Notes under the pieces: model-generated | The model's input: the letters and a program-made list of their open reading frames with translations, nothing else | Databases searched by the model: none | What the model was told of the DNA's origin: nothing | Part shown: in pieces, positions 14,698 to 29,320 of the stretch | Position numbering within the stretch: position 1 is the first letter of the stretch | Layout of the letters: each line of letters starts with the position of its first letter | Program-made: the position numbers and the translations under genes | Assembly (NCBI RefSeq): GCF_006345805.1 | Contig: NC_042997.1 | Location: 177,754,001-177,818,000, forward strand | DNA length: 64,000 nt | From: Octopus sinensis | Taxonomy: Eukaryota | Direction of reading: 5' to 3'

Positions 14698-14797
14698 CCT
14701 TATATAATGACACGCATATACACGTACATACAGTTACAGTCTTATGCATATGACAACAGTATTGTCTGTGTGTCTGTCTCTCAGTATGTATGAATGT

Positions 14798-15240
14798 ACA
14801 GGCTGTTCAGACTAAATCTGACAATTTGGATAAAAGAAAAAATAAACACATCCCGTCCAAAAATAAAAGTAGTTTCAAAAAGACCAAAATATATCAAGTA
14901 GATTATGGCTGGGAGATAGCAGTTTACTCAGAGTAGCCGCCCTCACCTTCCACTCTGGCTTCAAGACAGTTCTGGAATGGCGCATGCGTTCCTCACTGTG
15001 TCCCTGGAAAGATCCTCCAACACTTCCTTGATCATCGCCAGCAGTTCGGTCTTGATGTTGCAGGTAGAGTGGTTGGTGTCTTTCACAACCGCGCCCCATA
15101 CAGTAATCCGTGGCATTACCATCGAGGGGATTAGGTGACGAGAAATTGGGGCTGGTTAAGTCATAGAAATTCCCCCAAAACCAGTTCTTTCTGGAAATAT
15201 AACAAAGAACCGAATCCTGCTGTCATAAATATTTGCCTTC
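14798..15240 (-). mobile_element. 3' fragment of a maT-like transposon
   Basis: TIR-like end after TA (caggctgttcagactaaatctgac). Minus-strand peptide AVVKDTNHSTCNIKTELLAMIKEVLEDLSRDTVRNAC resembles a DD37D C-terminus. Confidence 0.55.
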
Positions 15241-15251
15241 TGTCAGCACGC

Positions 15252-16005
15252 CAGGCGGCGAGCTGGCAGAAACGTTAGCACGCCGGGCGAAATGCGTAGC
15301 CGTATTAAGTCTGCCGTTACGTTCTGAGTTCAAATTCCGCCGAGATCGACTTTGCCTTTCATCCTTTCGTGGTCGATAAATTAAGTACCAGTTACGCACT
15401 GGGGTCGATATAATCGACTTAATCCGTCTTTCTGTCCTTGTTTGTCTCTTCTGTGTTTAGCCCCTTGTGGGTAGTAAAGAAATAGGTATTTCGTCTGTCG
15501 CTACGTTCTGAGTTCAAATTCCGCCGAGGTCGATTTTGTCTTTCATCCTTTCGGAGTCGATTAAATAAGTACCAGTTACGCACTGGCGTCGATATAATCG
15601 ACTTAATCCGTTTGTCCTCTCTGTGTTTAGCTCCTTGTGAATAGTAAAGAAATAGGTATTTCGTCTGCCGTTACGTTCTGAGTTCACATTCCGCCTCGGT
15701 CGACTTTGCCCTTCATCCTTTCGGGGCCGATTAAATAAGTACCAGTTACGCACTGGGGTCAATATAATCGATTTAATCCATTTGTCTGTCCTTGTTTATC
15801 TTCTCTGTGTTTAGCCCCTTGTGGGTAGTAAAGAAAAAGGTATTTCACCCATCGCTACGTTCTGAGTTCAAATTCCGCACTGGTCGACTTTGTTTTCAAT
15901 TACTTCCTTGAGTTATAAATTGAGTACCAGTTGAGTACTGGGGGCGATGTATTCGACTATCCTCTTCCTCCAAATTTCAGGCCTTGTGCCTTTAGTAGAA
16001 AGGAT
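15252..16005 (+). mobile_element. Same SINE family, four-unit multimer. Other copies: ~2240-2610(-), 13063-13470, 21268-21640, 26703-27125, 28868-29100(-), 29402-29640, 33170-33520, 47850-48070(-)
   Basis: Head aaggcggcgagctggcagaaacgttagc, B box gagttcaaattcc, central gcctttcatcctttcggggtcgataaattaagtaccag (resembles the Meta/MESC SINE core, from memory), junction gtaaagaaata|ggtatttcgtc. Confidence 0.88.
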
Positions 16006-16034
16006 TGTTGTTGTTGTTGTTGTTGCTGTTGTTT

Positions 16035-16612
16035 TACTTCTCAGAGTACTCGATCTTGTTTGCTCAGGTAGATTCTGTGAGCGCACACAACGACCTGTTG
16101 CCAGAGGTCTCACAGGGTCTCTTTCTGCACATTATAATCTTCGATAATTTGTTGTTAATTATCATGGGAGACATTTCCTCATCTACCATAACAATGTCTG
16201 GTCTCCGAGCATCGATTAGGGAGTCGCACTGGATTGTAAAATCCCACAGTATCTTATATTGATTGTTCTCGGTGATTCCTTCTGGTTCATGTTCGTACCA
16301 TTTCCATGCTCTGTCCAGGCCGTTCTTTTCAGAAAGTTTCCAGTGAACAAACTTAGCCACGTTATCGTTTTGTAGCGCTTTTGGGCCAGCTTGCTGAACT
16401 CACTATATGTGAGGTTGTTTCGCTTTGCTACACTCGCTCACAATATGTGAGATTGTTTCGCTTTGCTACACTCGCTCACAATATGTGAGATTGTTTCGCT
16501 TTGCTACACTCGCTCACAATATGTGAGATTGTTTCGCTTTGCTACACTCGCTCACAATATGTGAGATTGTTTCGCTTTGCTACACTCGCTCACAATATGT
16601 GAGATTGTTTCG
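16035..16612 (-). mobile_element. R4/Dong-like LINE fragment
   Basis: ETISHIVSEC zinc-knuckle remnant, VHWKL...KWYEHEPE...KILWDFTIQCD..IDARRPDIV. The 5' end abuts (TAA)n. Confidence 0.85.
16403..16612. repeat. 38-bp tandem repeat, about 5.5 copies, made of LINE zinc-knuckle coding sequence
   Basis: Unit caatatgtgagattgtttcgctttgctacactcgctca at 16403, 16441, 16479, 16517, 16555 and 16593 (partial). Confidence 0.95.
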
Positions 16613-16614
16613 TT

Positions 16615-17303
<689 letters not shown>

Positions 17304-17309
17304 CACACA

Positions 17310-18200
17310 ACAGATTAAACTGTTGGAAAAGAAAAAATCCTAACATCGGGTACAAGTAACCTTAGATACCAAGAACCCTCGCAAGTATCCTATCTGTCCC
17401 TAATAACACTGTTTTCTGGAGCTGTACTAAACTGGGTTTTATGCCTATTTCCCCTAACCATCTGTTCAAATCTTTTGGGATAGTTCCCAGTGCACCTATA
17501 ATGACTGGGATATATTTTACCCGCATTTTCCATAGTCTCTGTAATTCAATGGCTAGGTCCTGGTGCTTTGCTATTTCTTATATACCTCTCAAACAGATTT
17601 TTTCATCATTTGGGACTTTCTATTCTTTTTATCTACCACTACTAAATCAGGCCTTCTAGCTTCTATTACTCTGTCAGAGTGAATATTAAAGTCCCACAAC
17701 ATTTTGTATTTCTTACTTTCTAGTATTTTACTAGGTTCATGTTCATACCATTTATCAACATGTTCAAATCCTAGCTTTCTACATAGCTCACAGTGGATTA
17801 CTCCCCCTTGTATTCTTTCTGTGCCAGCATACTACATTCACTTACTATAAGGGTAACGTTTTCCTCTTTTGATTAGAATAGTCTACATTGGGAATTTGAT
17901 TGGCTTTTGTTTATCGTGGTTTTTATCCAATTAGTCTTAAATGCCTGATTTTATGCTGATGCTAACAAACTTTCCGTCTCCTCTCTCTCTCAGTAACCAT
18001 AACAATATCTTACTACGACTATTTGCTGCAACTATCTTTAGGATTCTACCATGCAACGCCTTCTCCTGCCAATCAAATAATTTTTGTTCTTTTTCTGGTT
18101 TTTAACTTCGGTTGGGTTTTTGGTTTCCTATGTCTTGCCGTGACTCTAGCAGCTTTTAATAAACTTTCTTCACTATTACCTACAGAGAAGTCTATAGCTA
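17310..18200 (-). mobile_element. Old R4/Dong-like LINE 3' fragment
   Basis: KWYEHEP...YKMLWDFNI and PVIIGALGTIPK remnants. The 3' end abuts the (TAA)n tract. Confidence 0.75.
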
Positions 18201-18464
18201 CAGTATTTAAATAGTTGAAACTCTGATAAGATCTGGTTTACTGCTGATGAATATGCTGATATTGGCAGCTTAGTACTTCGCTTTTGATATCTTATTTGTA
18301 TCTCTTGAAAGACCTTTGGAAAGATACAAGAATATATTGAAATATTTATACTATTTCAATGCATCATTTGGTTAATAAAAGCAATATCTATTTTACATCT
18401 GCACATTATCAATTACTTCCTTGAGTTATAATCTACTCAATCCGTAAATGAGATTTAAAATGAA

Positions 18465-18526
<62 letters not shown>

Positions 18527-18932
18527 GTGTGTGTGTGTGTGTGTGTGCATGAATGTATGTGTGTGTGTGCGCGTGCGTGTGTGTGTTGATGTAGTACAAA
18601 ACTATTTGGAGCATTGTTAAATAGAATTATACAATTTTTGAAAAAGCCATAACAATGCAAATCAGAAATAAATGAGTGAATGCAAAAATAAAATGCCACA
18701 AAAATTTGCGGTTTGCATGAGTTTTCAAAATAAATATGGGAAATAAGTAATTATGAGGAAAAGTGTAAAGAATATTGTTTTAGCTTTCGTTCTTTATTTT
18801 TAACTTGCATTGATCTGGCTTTTTCAATCACTTCTTATTCTACTTCATAATGCTTCGAATAAATTACATTATTCTAAAATATTTAATTGAATTTAGCTTC
18901 TTTCTCTCACACACACATTCTTTCTCACTCTT

Positions 18933-18968
<36 letters not shown>

Positions 18969-20301
18969 GTTTTCTCTCTCTCTCTCTTTCTCTTTCTCTC
19001 TCTCTCCCTTTCTCTCACCACTCACGAAATGTCAGATACTTCTTCCCAAGACAGACAAACTTCTCCAAGTTCAATAATTCCAACCTAATGTGTATAAATG
19101 TGTGTGTGCGTGTTTGTGTGTAAACACACATATATATACAATATATATGCAAGCGTGTATACATTTTTACATACATATTTGCATGAATAAATGCAAATTT
19201 ACATGTAATTTATGTAAACTCACAAAATAAACTAAGCAAGTAATAGTATATATATTAAAATATAGTATATATTTACTGGGACGCAATTTGCCTTTCTGAA
19301 AACTGACTGCATTATTAAAAGTACAACCAGAGCTGTTGTCTACCAGAAATAAATAAAACAAACTTGAATTTACCCATATAATGAACAATCACAACAACAA
19401 CAGCACCAACATAAAATATGAGGTATAAAATTTTCTTCAAACTTCACCGAATTTAAATTTACGACCAGATGATTTTGTTTTCTTACTTATCATGCGTCAT
19501 TTGGCTAGAAGACATGTGCCCAAGGTGCCACGCAGTGGGACTGAACCCGGAACCATGTGGTTGGTAAGCAAGCTACTACCACGCAGCCATTCCTGCGCAT
19601 ATATATATAATAGATCAGGACTCGAGTGAATCAGGCACTTAAATAGTAAGGCACCAGGTGGGGTCGAAAATTAAAATATGTACACAACAAAATAAGAGGA
19701 AAACATACGCGAATACCGAAGTACAAACAGAAAGATATTCAGGTTATGTACACGATTAACTGTACCCGACTGAGAATATCATGAGCCCTGCGGCTCATCA
19801 GGAAACGCACATTGTACTAAATGTACGGTCCATAATATACTTCGGATCTTCGCAAGGAGCAAGTTCCGAGTGAGGTGAATAGTAAATAATAAATAACAAC
19901 AGACGGATAATGTTTCGATCCACTACAGCTGTTTCCAACGACTTTTTAATTGATTACTGGAGACATTACATCGCTAGAAAAATCCGTTTTTATCAGGTGA
20001 TTACATGAATCGCAACATTTAAAATCATTCAAAAGCCAACAGCATGTACACTTTCATAATTTTATGACCTTTGCCTAGACTTTTTCTGGTGATGTAATGT
20101 TTCCATTAATCAATAAAAAAAATTCGTTGGAAACAGCTGTAGTGGATTGACATATTAGCCATCTGTTGTTCTTAATACACACTCACACACACATATTAAT
20201 CGAAGTGCACACGTACTCTGTTGACAAATATACGATTGCATATTTTTAAATTCTTAGACTGTTATAGCAATGTTTGTGTGTGTTGTGTGTGTGTTTGTGT
20301 T

Positions 20302-20340
<39 letters not shown>

Positions 20341-21866
20341 TGTGTGTAAAGAGATAGATATACACACACATATGTGTATGTATGCATCTATGAATATGTG
20401 TGTGTGTATAAATGTATACATGTATGTGTGTCTGTATACACATACGTACATACATAGGTGTGTGTGTATGTGGTTGTGTATTGTGTGTGTCTGTGTGTGT
20501 GTGTGAGTGTGTGTGTGTGTATGTGTGTTTGTCTCTGTGTGTGTCTGTGTGTGTGTCTGTGTGCGTGTGTGGTGTGTGTGTGTGTATGTGTGTGTGTGTG
20601 TGTATGAGTGTGTGTCTGTGTGTCTGTGTGTGTGCAATGGTGTCACTGTGAGGATATGTCTGAGTAAGCAGATATGTTCAGCACTTCAGAATTAAATGCT
20701 AAGCAAAGTCAATCGTCCAGTCACTTTGTCTGAAATTATTTTCTAACTGTTAGTTTCGAAGCCAATTTATTATGCTATAGTAATCTGCCTAATAGGATTA
20801 ACTTACATTTATGTATATTTTGGACACAAAACTAACCAAGGCGAAGAAAAAGGTGGGATTAATCTAAAAATATATTTACGACAGCCTGAAAATTAGTCTT
20901 CCTTGCCTAGAATAATTGATACGTGAGATTTTGAGAACGAGGAAGGAAGTTACCGTACCTTCATTTCGGCAAACTACTTCAAACGACCAGACTTGATAAT
21001 GATATCACATAACAAACTTCTTGTTAAAGCTTCTTGAAAATTAAACAGTTGTCTCTCACCGCCAATTCGTAAAAATGCTGCAGCTTTGTCAAATGACCCA
21101 AAATTAAGCGTTAATATCTTATGACAGAATACTAAATTTTCAGTATGAGTAAATTAGCTAATAAGCATCACAAAGTGGAACAACCTAATGGCGTAAGCGG
21201 TTGATATTTCTGTACCGTCAGCAAGCAATTCCTCAGCGAGTAGTCTTATGGTACTGATTTCAAATAAAAGGCGGCGAGCTGGCAGAATCGTTAGCACGTC
21301 GGGCGAAATGCGTAGCCGTATTTCGTCTGCCGTTACGTTCTGAGTTCAAATTCCGCCGAGGTCGAGTTTGCCTTTCATCCTTTCGGGGTCGATAAATTAA
21401 GTACCAGTTACGCACTGGGGTCGATGTAATCGACTTAATCCGTTTGTCTGTCCTTGTTTGTCCTCTCTGTGTTTAGCCTCTTGTGAGTAGTAAAGAAATA
21501 GGTATTTCGTCTGCCGTTACGTTCTGATTTCAAATTCCGCCGAGGTCGACTTTGCCTTTCATCCTTTCGGGGTCGATTAAATAAGTACCAGTTACGCACT
21601 GGGGTCGATATACTTGTGGGTAGTAAAGAAATAGGTACTGATTTCAAGTCTTGCAATGATACTGTCATTGTAGCTATTGTTTATTCCATGTAATCTTTGA
21701 CCAATGGAACGCGGTGAGCTGGCAGGATCGTTACTTTCGAGGTCGCTAAAATAAGTACCAGTTGAGCACTCGGGTTGATATAATCGACTTAACTCCGCCC
21801 CCGAAATTAGTGGCCTTGTACCAAAATTTTAAACTAATCTTTGACCAAGAGTATTCCAGCTGTGCT

Positions 21867-21870
<4 letters not shown>

Positions 21871-21922
<52 letters not shown>

Positions 21923-22014
21923 CTCTCTCTCTTTCTCTCTCTTCTCCCTCTCTCTCCGCTCCCCTTCTCTCGCTCTCTTTCTCTCTCTCACCTCCTCCTT
22001 ATCTCTCTCTCCTC

Positions 22015-22048
<34 letters not shown>

Positions 22049-22079
22049 TTCTCTCTCTCTCATCTCTCTCTCGCTCTCA

Positions 22080-22125
<46 letters not shown>

Positions 22126-22135
22126 CTCTCCTCTC

Positions 22136-22176
<41 letters not shown>

Positions 22177-22200
22177 TCCTCTGTCTCTGTCTCTCTCACT
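21871..22200. repeat. (CT)n polypyrimidine microsatellite
   Basis: Directly visible. Confidence 0.97.
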
Positions 22201-22812
22201 TTCCATGCAAAGTATAACAAAAACTCAAGCTACAGGATAGCTGAATGGTTAAATCGTTCGCTTTACATCCTCGAGATCCCGGGTTCGATTCCACCCTGTG
22301 GCAACTTGAGCAAATTCCATTTTTTTATAGCTTTGGATCAACCCGTTTTTGATCCAAAGGTATAAAAGTAAAATTTAAAATTGGGTAGACAAAAACTACA
22401 GAAACCAGTGAGGTGAACTACCTTTGTAATTTAAACGGCCCGACGCTGTCACAGTATCGCGCAGATTTTTGCCTAAGGATTACGTTGGGGGCACAGGTGT
22501 CAGTGGAATGATCAACCATTTACACGGTAAACCAGAAGCAAGTAATTCATTTGATCGAACAACTTAATTCCTCATCGTCGAACGACGGAAATCAACCATA
22601 ATTAGGACCACGTAATCCAAAACCTTCTACCCTCTTTTTTTTTTTTTTTCTTTAAGACGTAAGGATACGATAAAAGAGGAATTTGACTGCTGGTGAGTCC
22701 ATTCAAATAACTATATACACTCTCCTATCCCTTGTCATGGTGGTAATCTCTCGTAGTTCGACAAAGACGGTTCTGCAATTTCTGAACAAATGATTTGTTT
22801 ATATTTGTTTAT

Positions 22813-22972
22813 GGCGTAGGAGCGGCTGTGTGGTAAGTAGCTTGCTTACGAACCACATGGTTCCGGGATCAGTCCCTTGGGCAAGTGTCTTCTATTATAG
22901 CCTCGGGCCGACCAAAGCCTTGTGAGTGGATTTGGTAGACGGAAACTGAAAGAAGCCCGTCGTATATATATA

Positions 22973-23020
<48 letters not shown>

Positions 23021-23245
23021 GAGATGTGTGTGTATGTGTTTGTGTGTCTGTGTTTGTCTCCCCCAACATCGCTTGACAACCGATGCTGGTGTGTTTACTT
23101 CCCCGTAACTTAGCGGTTCGGCAAAAGTGACCGATGGAACAAGTACTAGGCTTACGAAGAATAAGTCCTGGGGTCGATTTGCTCGACTAAAGGCGGTGCT
23201 CCAGCATGGCCACAGTCAAATGACTGAAACAAGTAAAAGAGTGAC
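22813..23245 (+). mobile_element. Second tRNA-derived SINE family with internal TA/TG microsatellite. Other copies: ~68-260, 27980-28405, 34360-34760(-), 44425-44810, 46484-46838, 47355-47705(-), 48162-48548(-), 52267-52655, 58172-58548, 60173-60350
   Basis: Head ggcgtaggagtggctgtgtggtaag...ggttcagtcc, a microsatellite always after gaagcccgtcg, tail ggcggtgctccagcatggccacagtcaaatgactgaaac. More than 10 alignable copies. Confidence 0.9.
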
Positions 23246-24312
23246 CAAATGTATGTGTCGTACATTAGTTCGCTCGCTTCATCAAATCGATGGTACCTGA
23301 ACAGGTGCACGGTGTACTGCACGCCTGGTGTTGAAATGATCGCAGATCAACGTGGGATGAAGTGCTTTGCTCAAGAACACAACGGACCAGCTGTTCTAGA
23401 AATTGAAGCTACGACCTCGCTATCGTAAGAGCAACACCGAAATCGTTTGTTCATACGTCCTCGCATCTCTAGCCACACAATCTGTAAAAAAATCAATATT
23501 TAACGGCCAACAAAATGCTAATGTGATATTAGTTTCTATTTAATCAAATTCCTTTTGATTTCGATAGAGAATATTTAGTTGTTCAATCAAGGGAACAATG
23601 AAGGAAACTACCTGATCATTTGATTAGCATGTAAGTCAGTAACTAATCATACAGACGAGTGTACCGTTAATATAATGCTCAGGTGGAAGCTGCATGATGC
23701 AGTGTGACAGTGTTGCTGTCTTTTAAAACAAATTACGGATACAATCAAGCCAACGGGTTTTCCTACTTGCTGAAGGTGTCATGTAGTGAGATTGAATCTA
23801 GGATCTCCTGAGTGCAAAGCAATTTTCATGAATATTCAGTCATATGATGTATTAATGTCGACAATTGAAGAGTTACTGAGATCAGTTAGTTAAAAAAAGA
23901 CTGCATATTTCGAGGTAGGAATTGATTTTATTATAGCCATAAAGGCTAAACAGAGGGGACTGCCATCAGTTAGCTTCTGCACATGCATTAAGCAGACGGA
24001 AGGAAGTTGAGACAGAAAATAATTTTTTTTAATATATGACAAGATACACACACACACGCGCGCGCACACAAAACATGTCGAATTCGATGGGAAAGGCCAT
24101 CGTAAATGTGCAGATATGCATATCAAGTATGCATGTGTGGTGCACGCATGTGAGTGGTGTACGCATGTGTGTATAAGTATATAATCTTTTCCGGCAGACC
24201 ACTCATTAGAATGGTTTTGACAAAAACATTAAAACATTCATCCTGAACACTGACACGAAATTATAATGTTTCTTTTTGGAATAATAAATAAATAAATAAA
24301 TGAATCAATCAA

Positions 24313-24343
<31 letters not shown>

Positions 24344-24666
24344 AACAACGACATCGATAACAACACCAACAAAAACAATTACGAAATGAAAAGAAAACTA
24401 ATTAACGTGAGATTTAAGTCGGAATTTGCCCGATATAATGAGACGTTTTAGTAAAAATGTGTCATAGCATTTTGATTGATCAGCTTTAGATACATCTGAT
24501 ATAATAATCTGTAGAGGAAGATATACAAGGAGATGCACTGTAATGAAGGAAAAGAGTAAAAGAATGATAATTTTAATTTTTCCATAAATAATGAACGAGA
24601 AAGATTGAAAGAAGGAAAAAAAGGTAAATTGATAGAATGATGGATGGATGGATGGATGGATGGATG

Positions 24667-24697
<31 letters not shown>

Positions 24698-24894
24698 GAT
24701 AGATAGATAGATAGATAGATAGATAGAATAGGTAAAAGAGAGAGAGAGAGAGATGATAGATAGATAGATAGAAGAATAGATAGATAGATATAGATAGATA
24801 GATAGATAGATACATAGATAGAAGATAGATGAGAAGAAACAAAAGAAGAAAGAAAGAAGAAAGAAAGAAAGAAAGAAAACACAGAAAGAAAGAC

Positions 24895-24957
<63 letters not shown>

Positions 24958-25777
24958 AATTAAATATGAAAGTGAAAAAAATGAAAGAAAACCAATAAAA
25001 GATATTAATAAGAGAAGAGACGATAATCAGATGGAAATTCGAGGATTTTAAGTGGTTAAAAGAATGAAAGAAGCATGTTTGGTTTAATGAACAAATGTCA
25101 GGTAGAGATAAAAATGAAAATTTAAAAAAATAATTAAAAAAAAAACTCAGAAAGAAATGAGAAGAGGAGCGATATAACGAACGAAGTGTAGGCAAGAACG
25201 AACGAACGAATGAATGAATGAAACCTGATGTCAGTACTCTTAACTTTTCTCATTATTTTCAAAGAAAAAAAATAATTTGAGATCAAAAAACATATTAGAA
25301 AAATGAACACGCTTTGCAAGACATATTTTTTTTAAAGAATCCTTGGACTAAATGCTCCATCACATTATTGAAGATTTCAGTTTATGCACTTGTTCTTGTT
25401 GTAGTCATCATCATCATCATCATCATCATAATCATCCCGCACAAACGGTCCCTGAATAAGGGTTGTTTAAGGATGTTGAACGAAACACCCATGTTTCCAG
25501 AGGTGAATTATTCAAACCCCAAAGAATCCTTCTCAACACATGGCTATGATGCTCCCCCACTACTTCTGCTCGTGATCAGAGATGCACATATCGTCAGCCA
25601 CTAAGGGACATGCTCAACTGGTTAAGGTCAAACAACTGACAAGCAAATCTGTGGTATTGAGCAGAATATTTGCTGTAGCCCATCTTTTATACCAAGACAA
25701 AACAATGTACATGATAACACTTCCAATCAGTTAAGATCAGAAGCCATGAGAGCCACTGCCTGGTACTGCATCAGGGC

Positions 25778-25814
<37 letters not shown>

Positions 25815-25829
25815 GCTATTGTTATTATT

Positions 25830-26205
25830 ATTTTATGTTTGACTTTTGCATTGTATTTGTACGAGTTGGCTCCAAGTCTCCCCCAGAGACCTCAAGAGAC
25901 AACAAGTTGGAAGTTCATGTTGGTGTTATGCCTAGGGTGCCATATATTTGGTTTTGTACATAGTGTTGTTCTAGAGAATGTTTAAGAAACCATAAGAAAA
26001 TTATGTGTTTGTTTTAAAACTTGAGATGACATGGAAAGTATTTTGCGTAGGCTATGGGCAGTTCCCATGAACACTATCTTTTGAATTTCTGCCATTTTGG
26101 GGTTTCCTGGTATCTGAGCTAGACAGCAATCAGCCCCTTTTGCTATCATTCCCAGGGCACCTATGACAACAGGTATTGTTTTAGTCTTCAGCTTCCACAT
26201 TTTGC
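25830..26205 (-). mobile_element. 5'-truncated R4/Dong-like LINE 3' end flanked by (TAA)n
   Basis: KMWKLKTKTIPVVIGALGMI...IQKIVFMGTAHSLRKILS plus 3' UTR. (ATT)n tracts on both sides. Confidence 0.88.
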
Positions 26206-26210
26206 TATTA

Positions 26211-26257
<47 letters not shown>

Positions 26258-27364
26258 GCAGCGAGTTGGCAGAATTGTTAGCACGCTCAAAGTTCAAATT
26301 CCACCGAGGTCGACTTTGCCTTTCATCCTTTCTGGGTCGATTAAATAAGTACCAGTTACGCACTGAGGATCGATATAATCGACTTAATTCTTTCCCCAAA
26401 ATTTGAGGCCTTGTGCTTCCAGTAGAAACGATTATTATTATTATTATTATTATTATGAAGGCAGTGAACTGGCAGAATCGTTAGCGGTATTTCGTCCGTC
26501 TTTACGTTCTGAGTTCAAATTCCGCCGGGGTCAATTTTGCCTTTCATTCTTTCGGGATCGATAAAATAAGTACCAGTTTACACACTGGGATCAATGTCAG
26601 TGATTATCCTCCTCCCCCAATTTTCAGGTCTTGTACCAATTGTAGAAAGGATTATTAATATTATGATCATCATCGTCATCATTAATATTATTGATTGTTG
26701 CGTAAGGCGGCGAGCTGGCAGAAAGTTTAGCATGCCGGGCGAAATGCTTAGCGGTATTTCGTCAGCCGCTACGTTCTAAGTTCAAATTCTGCCGATGTCG
26801 ACTTTGTTTTTCATCCTTTCGGGGTCGATTAAATAAGTACCAGTTACGCACTGGGGTCGATATAATTGACTTAATTCGTTTGTGTGTCCTTGTTTGTCCT
26901 CTCTGTGTTTAGCCCCTTGTGGGTAGTAAAGAAATAGGTAAATTGTAAAGAAATAGGTATTTTGTCTCTCTTTACGTTCTGTGTTCAAATTCCGCCGAGG
27001 TCGACTTTGGCTTTCATCCTTTTAGAGTCGATAAATTAAGTACCAGTTGCGTACTGGAGTCGATCTAATCGACTGGCCCCCTTCCCCAAAATTTCGGGCC
27101 TTGTGTCTAGAGTAGAAAAGAATATTATTGATTATTGCGGACATAGGTCATATCGGCTGCCGAAGATGTGTAAATTTTGTTGAAAAACAATTTGTTTTGT
27201 GGTTGTTTATGGTTGTTATGGTTTGTTAAAACTTAAAATGAGAACCCATACTTCACTGAGTGAAGAAGGAGCTGTCAAATTGTTCCCTAAAGGGCAAAAA
27301 AAAAGAAGAAAAAACAGGTAGCAGCAAAAAAGTTGTCGCCTGTTTTTTTTTCTTTTTTTCTTTC

Positions 27365-27395
<31 letters not shown>

Positions 27396-29288
27396 GAATC
27401 ATGGCATCAGTAACGCCTACTATCAAGTTCAGCGAGGACGTAACAGGGGAAATTACTTCTTCCAAACCCAGCTTCATTAGGGAATATTACCCCACCGCTT
27501 CATTCTTATACAACGTCCACTCAGACTAGCTGTAAGAAGTAGTGCGTACACAAGAACAACAGCCGTAACAGCAGCAGTAACGACAACGGTAACAATAGTA
27601 AGGGCGGCATTTTTTTTACAACGAGAACACCAACACAAGCAACAACGGTAGCAGCAGCAACAACAACAGCAACAGTGGAGGCTTAATGGCCCAGTGGTTA
27701 GGACAGCGGACTCGCGATCGTAAGAACGCGGTTTCGATTCCCAGACCGGGCATTGTGAGTATTTATTGGGCAAAAATACCGAAGCTCCACGATGTTCCGG
27801 CGGGTGTGGGAGATGAACCCTGCTGTACTCTTTCACCACAAATTTCTCGCACTCTTTCTTCCTACTTTAGGTAAAGAAACAGTAATAGAGAAGTCTAGCC
27901 TTAGAAGAGGCACTCAGAAGATCATCGCAACCTACGTGCCCGCAGTGAGATTAATCTTTAACCATTTTTTTTAACGCAAAGCGTAGGAGTGGCTGTGTGG
28001 TAAGTAGCTTGCTTACCAACCACATGGTTCCGGGTTCAGTCCCACTGCGTGGCACCTTGGGCAAATGTCTTCTACTATAGCCTTGGGCCGACCAAAGCCT
28101 TGTGAGTGGATTTTGGTAGACGGAAACTGAAAGAAGCCCGTCGTATGTGTGTGTGTGTGTGTGTGTGTGTGTTTGTACCTCCAACATCGCTTGATAACCA
28201 ATGTTGGTGTGTTTATGTCCCCGTAACTTAGTGGTTCGGCAAAAGAGATCGTTACAATAAGTACTAGGCTTACAAAGAATAAGTCCCGGGGTCGATTTGC
28301 TCGACTAAAGGCGGTGCTCCAGCATGGCCGGGGTTGATTTGCTCGACTAAAGGTGGTGCTCCAGCATGGCCACAGTCACATGACTAAAACCAGTAATAGA
28401 GTAAAGCACCAAAATTGTGTTGTCTAAGATATGAAAGAATGAAAACTCACCTCGGGCGCAAAATTTCATCTGACCTATCATGCTTAATAATCAAGGTGGG
28501 GTATTTCAAAGGTATCTTTGACCCCGAACCTTGAAAACCCCTGATGCGCCACAGTATTTGCAAAGAAAATTTAAATAAATTGGTTTCAACAGTGAACGGA
28601 ACAGAAACGGAATTATTGGCATTCAGTTCGCACGGAGTTTACTTAACTAATCTGTACTGTGCGTCCTGTAAGAATAGACTACTTGGTTAGTAGATGTTTA
28701 AATATTCATCAGCTTCAAAGTTTTAACTTAATTATACAAATAACCTTTTATTGAAACACTAGGGAAAATAAACAAACTGCAATATCACACAGAATAATAA
28801 TATTGATTTTAAAAAAAAAGCAAAAAAAATACATTAATATCAAAAATAATGACTTCTAAATAATAACTATTTCTTTATTACCCACAAGGGGCTAAACACA
28901 GTGGGGACAAACAAGGACAGACATAGGTATTAAGCCGATTACATCGACCCCAGTGCGTAACTGGTACTTAATTTATCGACCCCGAAAGGATGAAAGGCAA
29001 AGTCTACCTCGGTGGAATTTGAACTCAGAACGTAGCGGCAGACGAAATACCGCTAAGCATTTCGCCCGGCATGCTAACGTTTCTGCCAGCTCGCCGCCTT
29101 AATAACGTGTCTATGTGGTTAGAAGTTTGTTTCTCAACTACATTGTTCCGGGTTCAGTTCCTCTGCGTGGCACCTTGGACTAATGTCTTCTATTATAGCC
29201 CCGGGTCGACCAAAGCCTTATGAATGTGAGTGGATTTGGTAGATAGAAAACGGAAGAAGTCCGTTGTGTGTGTGTATGTATTATATAT

Positions 29289-29320
<32 letters not shown>

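Noticed and set aside
16403-16612. CRISPR-like 38-bp periodicity
   Set aside because: Pure tandem repeat without spacers, derived from LINE coding sequence.
19781-19806. CTGATGAG hammerhead start on the minus strand
   Set aside because: It forms a simple hairpin (atgagcc/ggctcat) with no GAAA or cleavage triplet at the required position.
22228-22300. Possible tRNA genes (also 5550-5622, 27676-27745, 35221-35290)
   Set aside because: A and B boxes are present, but the acceptor stems are not complete and the sequences continue into SINE bodies, two of them with TSDs.
27238-27529. Short ORFs around opposed poly-A and poly-T tracts
   Set aside because: Low complexity, no homology recognised, and no consistent splice signals.
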